A stretch of 63,542 bases of DNA, the filler included, from a bacterium (lineage in GTDB: Bacteria; JAJRZV01): NCBI GenBank assembly GCA_024275095.1. It is 6 parts of 6 records of this genome, joined end to end, with 100 filler letters (N's around TTAATTAATTAA, not from the genome) between each part and the next. Parts side by side here need not be neighbours in the genome. Positions count along the whole stretch, not along the records: positions 17,567 to 47,774 come from JAJRZV010000071.1; positions 47,875 to 54,516 come from JAJRZV010000004.1; 4 more parts are not named here. One strand, given 5' to 3'. Both the position numbers and the translations under genes were made by a program. Numbering within the stretch: position 1 is the stretch's first letter; the number at the start of each line of letters is the position of its first letter. The notes beneath the pieces were generated by a model. It was not told where the DNA came from. It saw only the letters and a program-made list of their open reading frames with translations, and did no database searches. This document shows, one piece after another, positions 38,571 to 48,735 of the stretch.

Positions 38571-39953
38571 TTAATCTTGAATGTTGAGACCAGACCCCTG
38601 ATGTACGAGGGTTGCTTTTGACTCTCCGGAAATAAAAAAGTAATTTGCGTTGTTCCACTTTAAAGGGATAACATCACCGTTGGTTACCAGTGTGTCAGAT
38701 TCCCATAGCACAGAGCCGGAAGCTGCATCGAGTACGTAAAGGTGACCTTCTGTATTCAGGCATACAAGGACAAAGCGGTTGTAGAGTTTCAAAAAGAGCG
38801 GTGATGTAAAAATGCTGCCGTCCAGTTGATGTTCCCACAGGAGCGTTCCGGAAAAGTCGAGGGCTCGCACGAAGCCGTCCTCAGAAGCAAAGAAGAGTTC
38901 GGCCACACCGTCGGCATCCACGTCTCCGCTTACTGCAGCAGTATATACAGGTGCAGAAGAAGCATAGGTCCAGAGAAAGGAGAACGTGGAAAGATCACCC
39001 AGGTAAAAAGTCCAGTTAGAAGAGCCGAAAGCCGCGTAAAGTGAATTTTCGTGTTGAAGGACAAGTGGACGTGCTGTAACCGGTTCTTGCGAGCCCGTGA
39101 TAAATTCTCCCTCCACCGTGCCAGAGCCGTCCAGGAGCCTGACCCTCCCCCCTGCCACGGGCACAAGTACGTGCGTTATGCCCTCGCTGTACCATACTGC
39201 CGGAGGAGCAGAGATGACCGATCCGGTCGAAAAATACCGAAGGGAGCTCTTCCCGAGTGCAGGAGCGAACATGTATATCCATCCGTAGCCACTGTTTATG
39301 TCAAATGGGTATGTATTGGCACCAATGAATAGGAATGTACCTGCAGGTGATGTGACAGCCTGGGGGGCGAAGAACTTGTTGCCTGTAATTGTTGCACTCC
39401 ATTCTACGTTGAGGTTTTCGTCCATCACGAAAAGTGAACCTGTTTCTCCAAGGGCGGTGATGTAAATGTTACCTGTTTTGTCGTCAGAGATAACCACCGG
39501 GGGCAAAGAAAAAGTTGTTCCCAGGGATTTCTCGAGAAGCGGGGGTTCAAGACCCCCGGCAGAGAGAACCCGCGCATATCCATTCTCTGTCACCGCGACC
39601 AGCTCGTCGTTACCGTCATTGTCGAGGTCCCGGGCGGTAAACAGTTCGGATTGTGCAAGTGTTTGTGACCACACAGGTGTGCCCTCATCTATAATGCCGT
39701 TACAGTTATCATCTATGCTGTTTTTCTCTTCTGCAACACCGGGATTTACACGTGGATTCGTTTCATCGCAGTCACCGGAGGTTGTGGAATATCCGTCACC
39801 GTCGAAATCAACGTCTGGATGAAGAGCAATCCACCGGGAGCACGCTTCCTGCGAGTGATTATCGGACCTCGGGTCACATGGGTTGTCCCACGTGAGATGG
39901 GGGTAACAACCTGCTGTGAGCAACAAAAGTATCAGCAAACTCGTTCTCACCAT
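38571..39953 (-). CDS. Lipoprotein with Asp/Cys metal-binding repeat and PQQ/BamB-like beta-propeller
   Basis: LTAGC lipobox; DFDGDGYS...DCD...NPGVAE..NSIDDNCNGIIDEG; DxDxDG and W-terminated blade motifs. Confidence 0.75.
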   Translation of the reverse strand: MVRTSLLILLLLTAGCYPHLTWDNPCDPRSDNHSQEACSRWIALHPDVDFDGDGYSTTSGDCDETNPRVNPGVAEEKNSIDDNCNGIIDEGTPVWSQTLAQSELFTARDLDNDGNDELVAVTENGYARVLSAGGLEPPLLEKSLGTTFSLPPVVISDDKTGNIYITALGETGSLFVMDENLNVEWSATITGNKFFAPQAVTSPAGTFLFIGANTYPFDINSGYGWIYMFAPALGKSSLRYFSTGSVISAPPAVWYSEGITHVLVPVAGGRVRLLDGSGTVEGEFITGSQEPVTARPLVLQHENSLYAAFGSSNWTFYLGDLSTFSFLWTYASSAPVYTAAVSGDVDADGVAELFFASEDGFVRALDFSGTLLWEHQLDGSIFTSPLFLKLYNRFVLVCLNTEGHLYVLDAASGSVLWESDTLVTNGDVIPLKWNNANYFFISGESKATLVHQGSGLNIQD

Positions 39954-42079
39954 GCGATCCCCACCACGATTGTACCGGCACGAGGCTGTAAAGACAGCTC
40001 AATGTGTATCTGAGGTTTTGTGAAGTAGTAATATGCACTCACCCCCCCGCAAATCGTTGCCGCCGCGGCGAGGAAGTGGCCTGCCATATTGAAACCACTT
40101 GCAAGTTGTGCACGGTCTCTGGCTGTTGCCTTCCATTTTTCCATCTCGTTGGGAATTGTGGTGAGCCGGTAGCGGTTATTGGCATCGGCTGCGGAGGATG
40201 CGTAATGCCATGCAGCAAGGTAAAAGGACACGGCTCCGAGCAAGAGTCCGCCACCTGCAGAAGCCCATATTGTCGCTGAGAGGCGTCGTTTCCTGAGAGC
40301 CTGTTGATACTCCACGCTGGCCTCAATAGGTGTGAAATCCAGCGCCATTTTTGCTGATTGGTACGGAAGGAGAGTGATTTTTTTCTCAACGGGCACGTAC
40401 CCCTTTTTCTCGAACCTCAAGCGATGAGGACCAGCAGCAACATTTCGAAGCTGAAGAGGCGATGTGCCTGTTTTTGTGCCATCCAGAAACACAAGTGCTC
40501 CCGGAGGCCTGGTGGCAATGCTGATAGAGGCGGGATAGGGTGTGAGTGAGGCATGCACCCGTTTTCTTTCACCAGCGGCCACCCTTACCGTCATGGAAAG
40601 CGGCCGGTGAAATTCCCGGGGGTCCTTTATGAAAAGGGTGTGAGCTCCCTCTTTCACGGATATTGCAGATAGAGGAGAATTGCCTGCCAGAGCACCATCC
40701 ACGTAAACGAGCGCTCCAGGCGGTTCCGTCTCTATGTCGAGAAAACTTGCTGTTTGCGATATCCCACTTTTCAAAAACACCTTTTTCCCATTTTCTATAA
40801 TTACTGTTTGTACTTTTTCCACCCCCCTGCTGTCGCTGAATGTCACGATATGAGTACCACCGGGCAGTTGTAGTCGACCTTTTTTGTCGGTTTGTATTCC
40901 ATCTACCGTCACCCTGACAGCACCGGAGATGTCAAGTTCCAGCTGCCCTGAAAGAGGTGAGAGCATTATGCTTATATTTGTTTCACGAGGAGCAATCACT
41001 GTTACACCCGGCGCATATCCGGGAAGGAAAACTTCCAGCAGGTGCGATTCCTCATCACCAATAGAAAAAACATGTGGTGAAGTACCTAAGAATTTTCCGT
41101 CCAGTAACAGGCGCGCTCCCGCGGGATGGGTGCTTACTTTCACGGTTCTTTGAACAGGCTCCATCGTTATTTTTACCGGAGTGACACGATCATTACGAAC
41201 CGAAACAGTAAGACGTACGGTGTAATATCCTTCTTTAACAATGGTGAGGTGGTGAACCCCGGGTGCTACTCTTGAAATGGTAAGAGGGGTAAGGGAAGGC
41301 ATACGACGTTCGTTGAAAAACACCACTGCACCGGGAGGCTCTGTTTCCACACGGATGTATCCATTCCCCTGGGGGAGCACACTCTGCACTGGCTGAAGCC
41401 TTACATGCTGGTGAACATGATATTGTTTTTTCGGTGGTTGAACATTCAGTTCGTAAGGCTCATAGCCTTCTCGACTTATGGTAATAACGTGGTTTCTGCC
41501 TTTTTCGAGTTTTATGTCAACGCGGCCTTTGCGGGGAGTAAAGTTACGTTTCCCTGTGCTTACAGATGCATCGGCAGGGATCACGTCGAGTATAAGCAGA
41601 AAATAATTGTAAACCTGAAGAAAAGAGGTGGTTAAACGATCTACAAAAGCAGGAAGTTCATTTTCCAGCGAGGTGATGTCTGCCTGGGCCACGTGGTTCC
41701 AGGATGTGAAATTTCCGCCTGTGCACTCGAATATGCCACCTGCGAGAACATAGCGACCGTTTGCTCGGGCCAGAGTGGAAATCATCAAGGCATCTGCGCC
41801 TGTAGCCTTGCATTCTTCCACGCGGCATTTTATGTCTGCACACCCGGTGGTACTTATGCCGCTGCGCAGAAGTGCGCTTTTGATATACTGGCGCGGCAAC
41901 ATAACAAGCTCGTTTGTTGTTGAAAGATGTTGCTCTATTAACAGGCGCATGCGTACAGCCTGAGCTTCCACACCGGTGCTGCCCGGATATACATCCAGCA
42001 GCGCCACCCGGGGGGCTGCGGAAGCACCAGGCACCCAAACCGAAACAATCCCGGCCGCCAGCAGAAGTTTTATCTTCAT
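39947..42079 (-). CDS. Multi-PEGA domain protein
   Basis: Signal peptide; repeated T.PPGA.V..DG...G.SP motifs (about 6); C-terminal TM helices. Confidence 0.85.
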   Translation of the reverse strand: MKIKLLLAAGIVSVWVPGASAAPRVALLDVYPGSTGVEAQAVRMRLLIEQHLSTTNELVMLPRQYIKSALLRSGISTTGCADIKCRVEECKATGADALMISTLARANGRYVLAGGIFECTGGNFTSWNHVAQADITSLENELPAFVDRLTTSFLQVYNYFLLILDVIPADASVSTGKRNFTPRKGRVDIKLEKGRNHVITISREGYEPYELNVQPPKKQYHVHQHVRLQPVQSVLPQGNGYIRVETEPPGAVVFFNERRMPSLTPLTISRVAPGVHHLTIVKEGYYTVRLTVSVRNDRVTPVKITMEPVQRTVKVSTHPAGARLLLDGKFLGTSPHVFSIGDEESHLLEVFLPGYAPGVTVIAPRETNISIMLSPLSGQLELDISGAVRVTVDGIQTDKKGRLQLPGGTHIVTFSDSRGVEKVQTVIIENGKKVFLKSGISQTASFLDIETEPPGALVYVDGALAGNSPLSAISVKEGAHTLFIKDPREFHRPLSMTVRVAAGERKRVHASLTPYPASISIATRPPGALVFLDGTKTGTSPLQLRNVAAGPHRLRFEKKGYVPVEKKITLLPYQSAKMALDFTPIEASVEYQQALRKRRLSATIWASAGGGLLLGAVSFYLAAWHYASSAADANNRYRLTTIPNEMEKWKATARDRAQLASGFNMAGHFLAAAATICGGVSAYYYFTKPQIHIELSLQPRAGTIVVGIAW

Positions 42080-43053
42080 TTGATGCACCTGAGAAAGCCT
42101 GTGCATGAATAGTATTCCTCTGCTGTGAGCGGACCTGCAAAGTACCATTTTCTCTTGCGCAGGTTTTTAAGGAGGTTTTGTATCTTTTCATGCTCTGGAA
42201 CTCCACCTGCAGTGACAATGTTCTGAAGCTCGGCCCCGTAATACCCGAATATTTCTTTTAAATCTGTAACAAGGGCCTGTTCGGACCACCCGGGCGAAAG
42301 AAAAGCTTCTCCCTTCAGGTCTGTACGGTTGCTCGAAAGCACGAAGAATGCCCAGTGCAGTGTTCCATAACCACCTGCAACAATTTCGCGGCCGATGGTG
42401 GAAGGGAGGGGGTCTGTAAGTTCTGCCCCCATAAATGCGTGCACGTATTTAATAGAATTTTTCTCCCGGAAAAAAAGTGATGGCGGCAAATCGGTGAGGT
42501 ATCTGCGGGCTCTTACCGGAGGTGATTTCGTACCGCGTATCCAGTTGACAGCTTCCTCGATGCGAGCCTGCTGAATTTTCACCCGGAAAAATGAAGCAAG
42601 TTCGCGTGCCCACATGTATACACTGCGACCTTCTGCAGGCTGGAGACGACCACCCGGCGTGTCTTCTGAAAATGGATGTTTCTGGTTCATTATCCCTGCA
42701 CTTGCTACAACCCTGCCTACCTCCTCCAGTACCGACGCTAGTTCCGCACCTTTCCAGCGCATATCGCGTAAATACGCCTCTGTAAAGCCATTTCGAAAGG
42801 TCAATGGCACTCTCACTCGCGGAGTCACCACTTCCATAAATTCACCTTGAGACCGGAGATTTAAAAGGGCTGCAGGGCCTGGAATTTCCTGCGAAAGAGT
42901 TGAAAGCGCTCGTGAAGGTACAGATGCGGGCCACACTCCAGCCTCGCGCGTGTCTATAAGGATTACATCGTATCCTTTGTGAGAAAGCAATGTAGCTGCG
43001 AGCCAGCCTTCCAGGCCCGCAGCTACAACACATACATCACAGTACGGGCTCAC
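42076..43053 (-). CDS. Hypothetical protein with degenerate Rossmann/FAD N-terminus
   Basis: DVCVVAAGLEGWLAATLLSHKGYDVILID; ATGA overlaps on both sides. Confidence 0.65.
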   Translation of the reverse strand: MSPYCDVCVVAAGLEGWLAATLLSHKGYDVILIDTREAGVWPASVPSRALSTLSQEIPGPAALLNLRSQGEFMEVVTPRVRVPLTFRNGFTEAYLRDMRWKGAELASVLEEVGRVVASAGIMNQKHPFSEDTPGGRLQPAEGRSVYMWARELASFFRVKIQQARIEEAVNWIRGTKSPPVRARRYLTDLPPSLFFREKNSIKYVHAFMGAELTDPLPSTIGREIVAGGYGTLHWAFFVLSSNRTDLKGEAFLSPGWSEQALVTDLKEIFGYYGAELQNIVTAGGVPEHEKIQNLLKNLRKRKWYFAGPLTAEEYYSCTGFLRCIK

Positions 43054-43736
43054 TCGAGGGTATAACTCTCGCCGGGATTCAGAATAATGACCTCTGCTTT
43101 TCCACCCACAAGATTTTTAAACTGCTGAGGATCCTGTTTGATCACGTCGAAGGTGTTGTAATGCATTGGAATCACCTTTTTGGGTTTCAGAAATTCTACT
43201 GCGCGTGCGGCATCTTCCACGCCCATGGTGAAGTTGCTCCCGATGGGGAGCAGTGCGAGGTCCAGTTCCTCGAGTTCTCCAATGAGTTTCATGTCGAAGA
43301 ATAATGCTGTGTCACCTGCGTGGTAGATTTTTTTGCCACCCATACCGATGACAAAACCGCACGGGCTACCACCCGGGACAAGATTGCCTCCATCCACGAT
43401 AGTGGATGCGTGATGGGCGACTGTCAGGCGGAGAGTACCCCACGGAAAAGAGTGTGTTCCTCCCAGATGCATGGGATGACCGTCCGTGCCCTTGCCCTGG
43501 CAGTAGCCAACGACTTCGAAGACCGAGATGACCGGAGCGTCGTTGTTTTTGGCGATTTCCACGGCGTTACCCAGATGGTCAAAGTGTCCGTGGGTGACGA
43601 GCACAGCATTTACCTTTACGTCTGAGGGTTGAACTTTTGCCAGAGGATTGTCCGAGAGAAACGGGTCAATGATGATGCGGTGATTCCCGTCATCGAGAAT
43701 GAAACAGGCGTGTCCCTGATATTCTACTTTCACCAT
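43050..43736 (-). CDS. UPF0173 metallo-beta-lactamase-fold hydrolase
   Basis: GHACF, IDPF, THGHFDH, YHAGDT, LPIG, IPMHYNTF. Confidence 0.93.
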   Translation of the reverse strand: MVKVEYQGHACFILDDGNHRIIIDPFLSDNPLAKVQPSDVKVNAVLVTHGHFDHLGNAVEIAKNNDAPVISVFEVVGYCQGKGTDGHPMHLGGTHSFPWGTLRLTVAHHASTIVDGGNLVPGGSPCGFVIGMGGKKIYHAGDTALFFDMKLIGELEELDLALLPIGSNFTMGVEDAARAVEFLKPKKVIPMHYNTFDVIKQDPQQFKNLVGGKAEVIILNPGESYTLE

Positions 43737-43796
43737 GATTCCACCTCCTCACGAGATGTTTATATTTTTCTACTTTACGTGCACACGTTCAAACAA

Positions 43797-44282
43797 TTAC
43801 CCCTGCATCATCAATAATGAGTTCTCATTGGATATCACCCTGATGCCTACTTTCTCCAGTACCACTGTAAACACGCCTTTTCCTGCATGAGCGTTTCCTT
43901 CAATGTTTACGCGTTCCACTCCACACGAGGGACTGCCTTCTTTAAGAACTGCTCCCGTCACCTCCACGCCGCGGATGAGGTCAAGCGCTGCCCTTGCACC
44001 CATGATGAAGTGAGCCGTGACATCGTCGTGTTCGGTTACCACGCGGGCATTGCCTTTGATGACCGCTTCGCCGTCACCGCCCACAAACCACGCCTGGTGC
44101 CGTGGCACTCCGAAGCCGGCGAGCACCTCCGGACACACGGGCACGAAAGGGTAATTTCTCACGTAATTGAGCACACGCGAGGAAAAAGCATGCCTCCCGT
44201 TATATCGACATGGCACGCCCAGCAGGCACGCACTGACGATAATTACGCCGGGTTTACCAGAGCCTCGCTTTCTTTCAACCAC
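43797..44282 (-). CDS. DUF523 / TudS 2-thiouracil desulfidase family protein
   Basis: SACLLGVPCRYNG, PVCPEV..G..VPR, LKEGSPSCG. Confidence 0.9.
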   Translation of the reverse strand: MVERKRGSGKPGVIIVSACLLGVPCRYNGRHAFSSRVLNYVRNYPFVPVCPEVLAGFGVPRHQAWFVGGDGEAVIKGNARVVTEHDDVTAHFIMGARAALDLIRGVEVTGAVLKEGSPSCGVERVNIEGNAHAGKGVFTVVLEKVGIRVISNENSLLMMQG

Positions 44283-44896
44283 TGCACACCCTCTATGTAA
44301 ACTTTGCGGCCTTCAACCTTGATGCGGCCTTCAGCAAAAAATTTCACGGCTTTACGATAAATTACATGTTCATACTTTAAGATTCGCTGCGCAAGGGTTT
44401 CTTCGCTGTCGTCAGGGAAGACAGGTACGGCCGCCTGGATGATAACGGGACCTGTATCCACCCCTTCATCTACGAAGTGAACGGTGCACCCGGAAAAACG
44501 CACGCCATAATCAACCGCCTGTCTCTGGCCGTGGAGACCTGGAAAGGAAGGCAGTAGTGCCGGATGAATGTTCATGATTTTCAGCGGAAAGCGTTGCACA
44601 AAAGCAGCCGAAAGTATGCGCATGTAACCTGCAAGACATATGAGGTCGATTTTCCTTTTCTCAATTTCGTCGGCCACATGCATGTCGAATTCTTCGCGGG
44701 ACGAGAAACCCTTGGGGTTGATGTAGAGCGCTTCAACGCCCGCTTTGCGTGCACGCTCGAGAGCAAAAGCCTGCTCCTTGTCGCTGATGACCACTGCCAC
44801 ATCGCCGGGAATTTCACCTTCACGGCAACCGTCAAGAATGGCCTGGAGGTTTGTTCCCCGGCCGGAGGCAAGCACTGCGATACGAATCTTCTTCAT
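44243..44896 (-). CDS. purN: Phosphoribosylglycinamide formyltransferase
   Basis: LASGRGTNLQA, LAGYMRIL, NIHPALLPSFPG, GCTVHFVDEGVDTGP. Confidence 0.97.
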   Translation of the reverse strand: MKKIRIAVLASGRGTNLQAILDGCREGEIPGDVAVVISDKEQAFALERARKAGVEALYINPKGFSSREEFDMHVADEIEKRKIDLICLAGYMRILSAAFVQRFPLKIMNIHPALLPSFPGLHGQRQAVDYGVRFSGCTVHFVDEGVDTGPVIIQAAVPVFPDDSEETLAQRILKYEHVIYRKAVKFFAEGRIKVEGRKVYIEGVQWLKESEALVNPA

Positions 44897-45915
44897 AAAA
44901 TTCTCACCCCCCTCCCTTTCGTTACTTCCCCTATGAACCGGGCCTGCCATCGGCACATTTTGAGAAGTTTTTCAACATGTCCTGCGCGGGCTTTTTTCAC
45001 GAATGCAATGAAGCCAACCCCCATGTTGAAGGTGCGGAACATCTCTTCTTCGTCTATCTGGCCGATTTCCTGGATGACCCGGAACGCCCGTGGAACAGTC
45101 CATGCTTTTTTGTGTATTTCCACTCTAAATCCGCGCGGCAACACACGTGGTATGTTTTCGTAAAAACCGCCTCCTGTAATGTGTACAAACGCCGATGCTG
45201 AGCGATTTTTCATGAGAGTCAATGCTTCTTTTACGTAAATGCGGGTGGGCTTGAGCAACACTTGTGCTACTGTTTGTTTAGAGCGGGGGAAAGGGTCGGA
45301 AATTCGGAGATTTTTTGTTTTAAAAAGGAGCTTTCGAAGAAGTGAGTAACCGTTGGAGTGAAACCCGGAAGAATGGAACCCGAGCACCAGATCACCTTCT
45401 TCCACGGGGGGCACCCGCCTGAGTTCACCTTCATCGGCAATGCCTATACAGAATCCGGCCAGCTCCACCCGGCCTTCTTCGTAAAAGTCGGGCATCTCAG
45501 CGGTTTCTCCTCCTGCAAGTGCACAGCCAGCAAGACGACAGCCCTTTATGATTCCTTTCATTACGTCGGTGAAAATTTTTTCGTCCAGTTTGGCTGTGGA
45601 AAAGTAGTCCAGAAAGAGCACGGGTCTTGCAAAAGCACAAACCACATCGTTGACATTCATGGCTACCAGATCAACACCCACTCCTCGAAAATCACCGGCC
45701 ATGCGCGCGACGTCGAGTTTTGTACCCACCCCGTCACACGAGGCAACTATCACCGGTCGCTTGATGTTCTTGCCGGGCGTGTATGCAGAAGCAAATGGTC
45801 CGATGCCTGTGAGGGTTTTTCCAACGGAAGGGGAGGTTTTTAATCTCTTGAGGTGTCCGACGAGCCGGGCAGCCTGCTGCGTATCCACGCCGCTGTTTTT
45901 ATACGTAATTCCCAT
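44893..45915 (-). CDS. purM: Phosphoribosylformylglycinamidine cyclo-ligase
   Basis: YKNSGVD, DGVGTKL, DLVAMNVND, GGETAEMP, SSGFHSNGYSL, HITGGG, TFNMG. Confidence 0.97.
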   Translation of the reverse strand: MGITYKNSGVDTQQAARLVGHLKRLKTSPSVGKTLTGIGPFASAYTPGKNIKRPVIVASCDGVGTKLDVARMAGDFRGVGVDLVAMNVNDVVCAFARPVLFLDYFSTAKLDEKIFTDVMKGIIKGCRLAGCALAGGETAEMPDFYEEGRVELAGFCIGIADEGELRRVPPVEEGDLVLGFHSSGFHSNGYSLLRKLLFKTKNLRISDPFPRSKQTVAQVLLKPTRIYVKEALTLMKNRSASAFVHITGGGFYENIPRVLPRGFRVEIHKKAWTVPRAFRVIQEIGQIDEEEMFRTFNMGVGFIAFVKKARAGHVEKLLKMCRWQARFIGEVTKGRGVRIL

Positions 45916-45970
45916 GAACAGGGATTCTACCAATATTGTGCGGCCTTTTCAGCCTGAAAGCGCTTTCCGT

Positions 45971-47749
45971 TCAGGGTGGAGATGAAGTCGAAAAACCCTG
46001 TCTGACAGCGTTTATAAGGTCCTGGAGCAGATCCACGGTGAACGCGTTGATTTCACACAGGTCCGGCCGGTGGAATCCCACATCGGGGGTAACTGCCCGA
46101 CCGCATACGGATTCCTTTTGAGGATTGAGGTTGTAATAGTTGATATACAGCAGCCTGCCGAAATCCGGGCTCTGCCAGGCAATGTAGGGAATATCTGAAT
46201 CCAGCCCATCGGCAGAAATGGGGGCAGGATAGCGCGCACCCGTGATTTCCGAAGCATAAGAGTACGGTCCAACAAAGTGGGGACTATCCGTTGCCGTACC
46301 GGTGAGACACAGAAGATACATCATTTCAGCATCCAGGGAATAAGAAGGACACTCCCATTCAAACACGAGCGTATCCTTCGAAGGATCGCTCTCGTCTGTC
46401 CACGCGGGAAGCAGTGCCCTTATGGGGGTTGGCTCACGCAGAAAAGTGCCCAGGTCAAGCTCGAAAATATCCCCGATTACCACCGTAATAATACCCTGGA
46501 GCATCTTGACGGAAAGCGTACCCGGATCCAGAAACGAGCGGATGAACTCCACGGTAGAAGGATCCTCTATTCCCTCTATCATCATATCGAGTATTGCATC
46601 AAACATTCCTGACGCGAGAACAGTGTAGGCGACCACGGCCAGAATGGGGGCAATATCATTGACCCAGCTAATGCGCACGGAAGAGTCCCCAGAAAGGTTT
46701 TGTTCAATGTGTTGCAATGAATCGAGAAAGTTTGGAGGCAGTTCCACTTCGTACTTCACGAATTCGCCGTCCCTGACCCCTGGCATGAGAAGAGTGTTTT
46801 CCTTGTTCGGATCGTATGCCAGTACATCATCGTCCTGTGGATCAGTTTCGCTGAAGATGTATTGTAGACTCAAGCGGGCTTTTGCGAAAGCCTCTTGCAT
46901 CCAGTTTGCAGCGTCGGTAAGAAGGGCCTTGCCTTCTGAAGGTTCGAAGTCCAGCAGATGCGGTTCACTGTTGAGAATCACCGCGATAAGGTTTCGAATG
47001 GCATCCACAGAGTTTGTGGCAAGACGGTTTGACCAGTCGGAACTGTTCACGTAGTTGAGCACGGTGGTAACTGTTGAAAGTGAAATTTGGTAATCCGGTG
47101 ACAGAACGATTTTCAGTAAAGCATCCAGCAACCTGAGAATAAAATCGATAAAATACACCTCTCCGAGGTCGTATTCCCCTGAAAGGTCCATCTTGAAATA
47201 TACAACTCCAGCGAGATTGATTTCGTAAATAAAGTCTTCCAGGTAAAAATTCAGGGAACCCTGTTTCTCTATCAGGCTCAGGTTCTCTACTGTGTATTCA
47301 ATGAAGGAGAGGAGGTTGCCGCTTAAAAGGGAAAACAGCAGCAAGTTCAACCCACTCCGGTCTCTCCCCCACGTCACGCTTTCGGGATACACTCCTTCGC
47401 TCTGGGGAGCAAGTGCAGGTGATTGAGAAGGCGTGCTTTCCACGAGGTCTCCAAGCCCCACTGTACTGAGCAGGTTGATAAGCTGGATCATAAGTTCATT
47501 TAATTCATTGATTTTGTCGAAGATGCTGGCCAGTATAAAGCCGAAATTGGCATTGGGATTATCGGGATCGAGGTCAAGCGCTTCCCGGAACTTGTCCATT
47601 GCTTTTCTGAAGTCATTGGCTTTCAGCGCGTTTTTTCCTGCATCTATCCGCTCCTGCACCCGTACTGAAAGCGGAGAAGTCGTATTACAAGAAAGTATAA
47701 AAATCAGAAGTATTACCCCACAAAATCGAAGGTATTTTAATTTTCTCAC
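45971..47749 (-). CDS. Lipoprotein with N-terminal TPR, function unknown
   Basis: ILSC lipobox; AMDKFREALDLDPDNPNANFG. Confidence 0.75.
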   Translation of the reverse strand: MRKLKYLRFCGVILLIFILSCNTTSPLSVRVQERIDAGKNALKANDFRKAMDKFREALDLDPDNPNANFGFILASIFDKINELNELMIQLINLLSTVGLGDLVESTPSQSPALAPQSEGVYPESVTWGRDRSGLNLLLFSLLSGNLLSFIEYTVENLSLIEKQGSLNFYLEDFIYEINLAGVVYFKMDLSGEYDLGEVYFIDFILRLLDALLKIVLSPDYQISLSTVTTVLNYVNSSDWSNRLATNSVDAIRNLIAVILNSEPHLLDFEPSEGKALLTDAANWMQEAFAKARLSLQYIFSETDPQDDDVLAYDPNKENTLLMPGVRDGEFVKYEVELPPNFLDSLQHIEQNLSGDSSVRISWVNDIAPILAVVAYTVLASGMFDAILDMMIEGIEDPSTVEFIRSFLDPGTLSVKMLQGIITVVIGDIFELDLGTFLREPTPIRALLPAWTDESDPSKDTLVFEWECPSYSLDAEMMYLLCLTGTATDSPHFVGPYSYASEITGARYPAPISADGLDSDIPYIAWQSPDFGRLLYINYYNLNPQKESVCGRAVTPDVGFHRPDLCEINAFTVDLLQDLINAVRQGFSTSSPP

Positions 47750-47774
47750 AAATTTTATTTTGTATTAAATTGAA

Positions 47775-47874
47775 NNNNNNNNNNNNNNNNNNNNNNNNNN
47801 NNNNNNNNNNNNNNNNNNTTAATTAATTAANNNNNNNNNNNNNNNNNNNNNNNNNNNNNNNNNNNNNNNNNNNN
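47775..47874. other. Artificial contig linker
   Basis: N-run with TTAATTAATTAA. Confidence 0.98.
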
Positions 47875-48692
47875 ATAATTGTACTGTTATCGTGGGGCAT
47901 GATAAACACCTGTCGGCCGTCTATGGCCTTTGTGATGATGCCGTAGTTGGTTATCCGGGCAGGAATAATAAGGTGTACACCTTTTCCAGGACGGATACGC
48001 GCCTGTGCGCCTGCCAGTGCCGCGACACGCATGAGCCAGGAACCCGCTGCATTTATGTAAACTTTTGCACGAATGATGTACTTTTTTTTGTTGTATCTGT
48101 CGTAGACTTTTGCTGCTACAACTTTGCCCTCCTCGATTTCGAACTCGGTTAACTCACAGTGATTGAGTATTCTGGCACCGTGACGTTGTGCAGAAACGGC
48201 ATTGATTGTACATAATCGGAAAGGATCTATACCCCACTCGTCCATTGTCACGGCGCCGATTACGTCCTTTCTGATGCGTGGTTCCAGTTGCAGGAGTTCC
48301 TGGCGCGTAAGACGCGTATGGGGTTTCCCGCGTTTGAGGGGCTGAAACCTGTCATATCCGAGAAAATACGCTTCTGCCAGTTCTAAATAAATGCGTGCAG
48401 CCGGGTCGTTTTTCAACACAGGAGTGAGAAAAGGAATGCGAAATAACATGAAAGGTGCAATGCGCTGAATGTACCCGCTATCCAGACATGAACGACGCGT
48501 GGTATCCACCTCGTTCATGAGATATCGGAGTCCTCCGTGAATCATGCCGCTGCATGCACCAGTAGCTCCGGAAGAAAAGTCTTTTTTCTCTACCAGGATT
48601 GTATCAATACCTCGCAATGCGAGGTCACGTGCGATGCCCGTACCGTTTACATCGCCTCCGATGACCAGAGCATCACACCTGAGTTCTTCCAA
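47875..48692 (-). CDS. glpD: FAD-dependent glycerol-3-phosphate dehydrogenase (GlpA/GlpD family), 3' truncated by gap
   Basis: GTGIARDLALRG, DFSSGATG, IHGGLRYL, INAAGSW, PGKGVHL. Confidence 0.88.
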
Positions 48693-48735
48693 AGCGCTTT
48701 ATCCCCGCTGCGTAAATTAAACAGCAGATGAAAAA

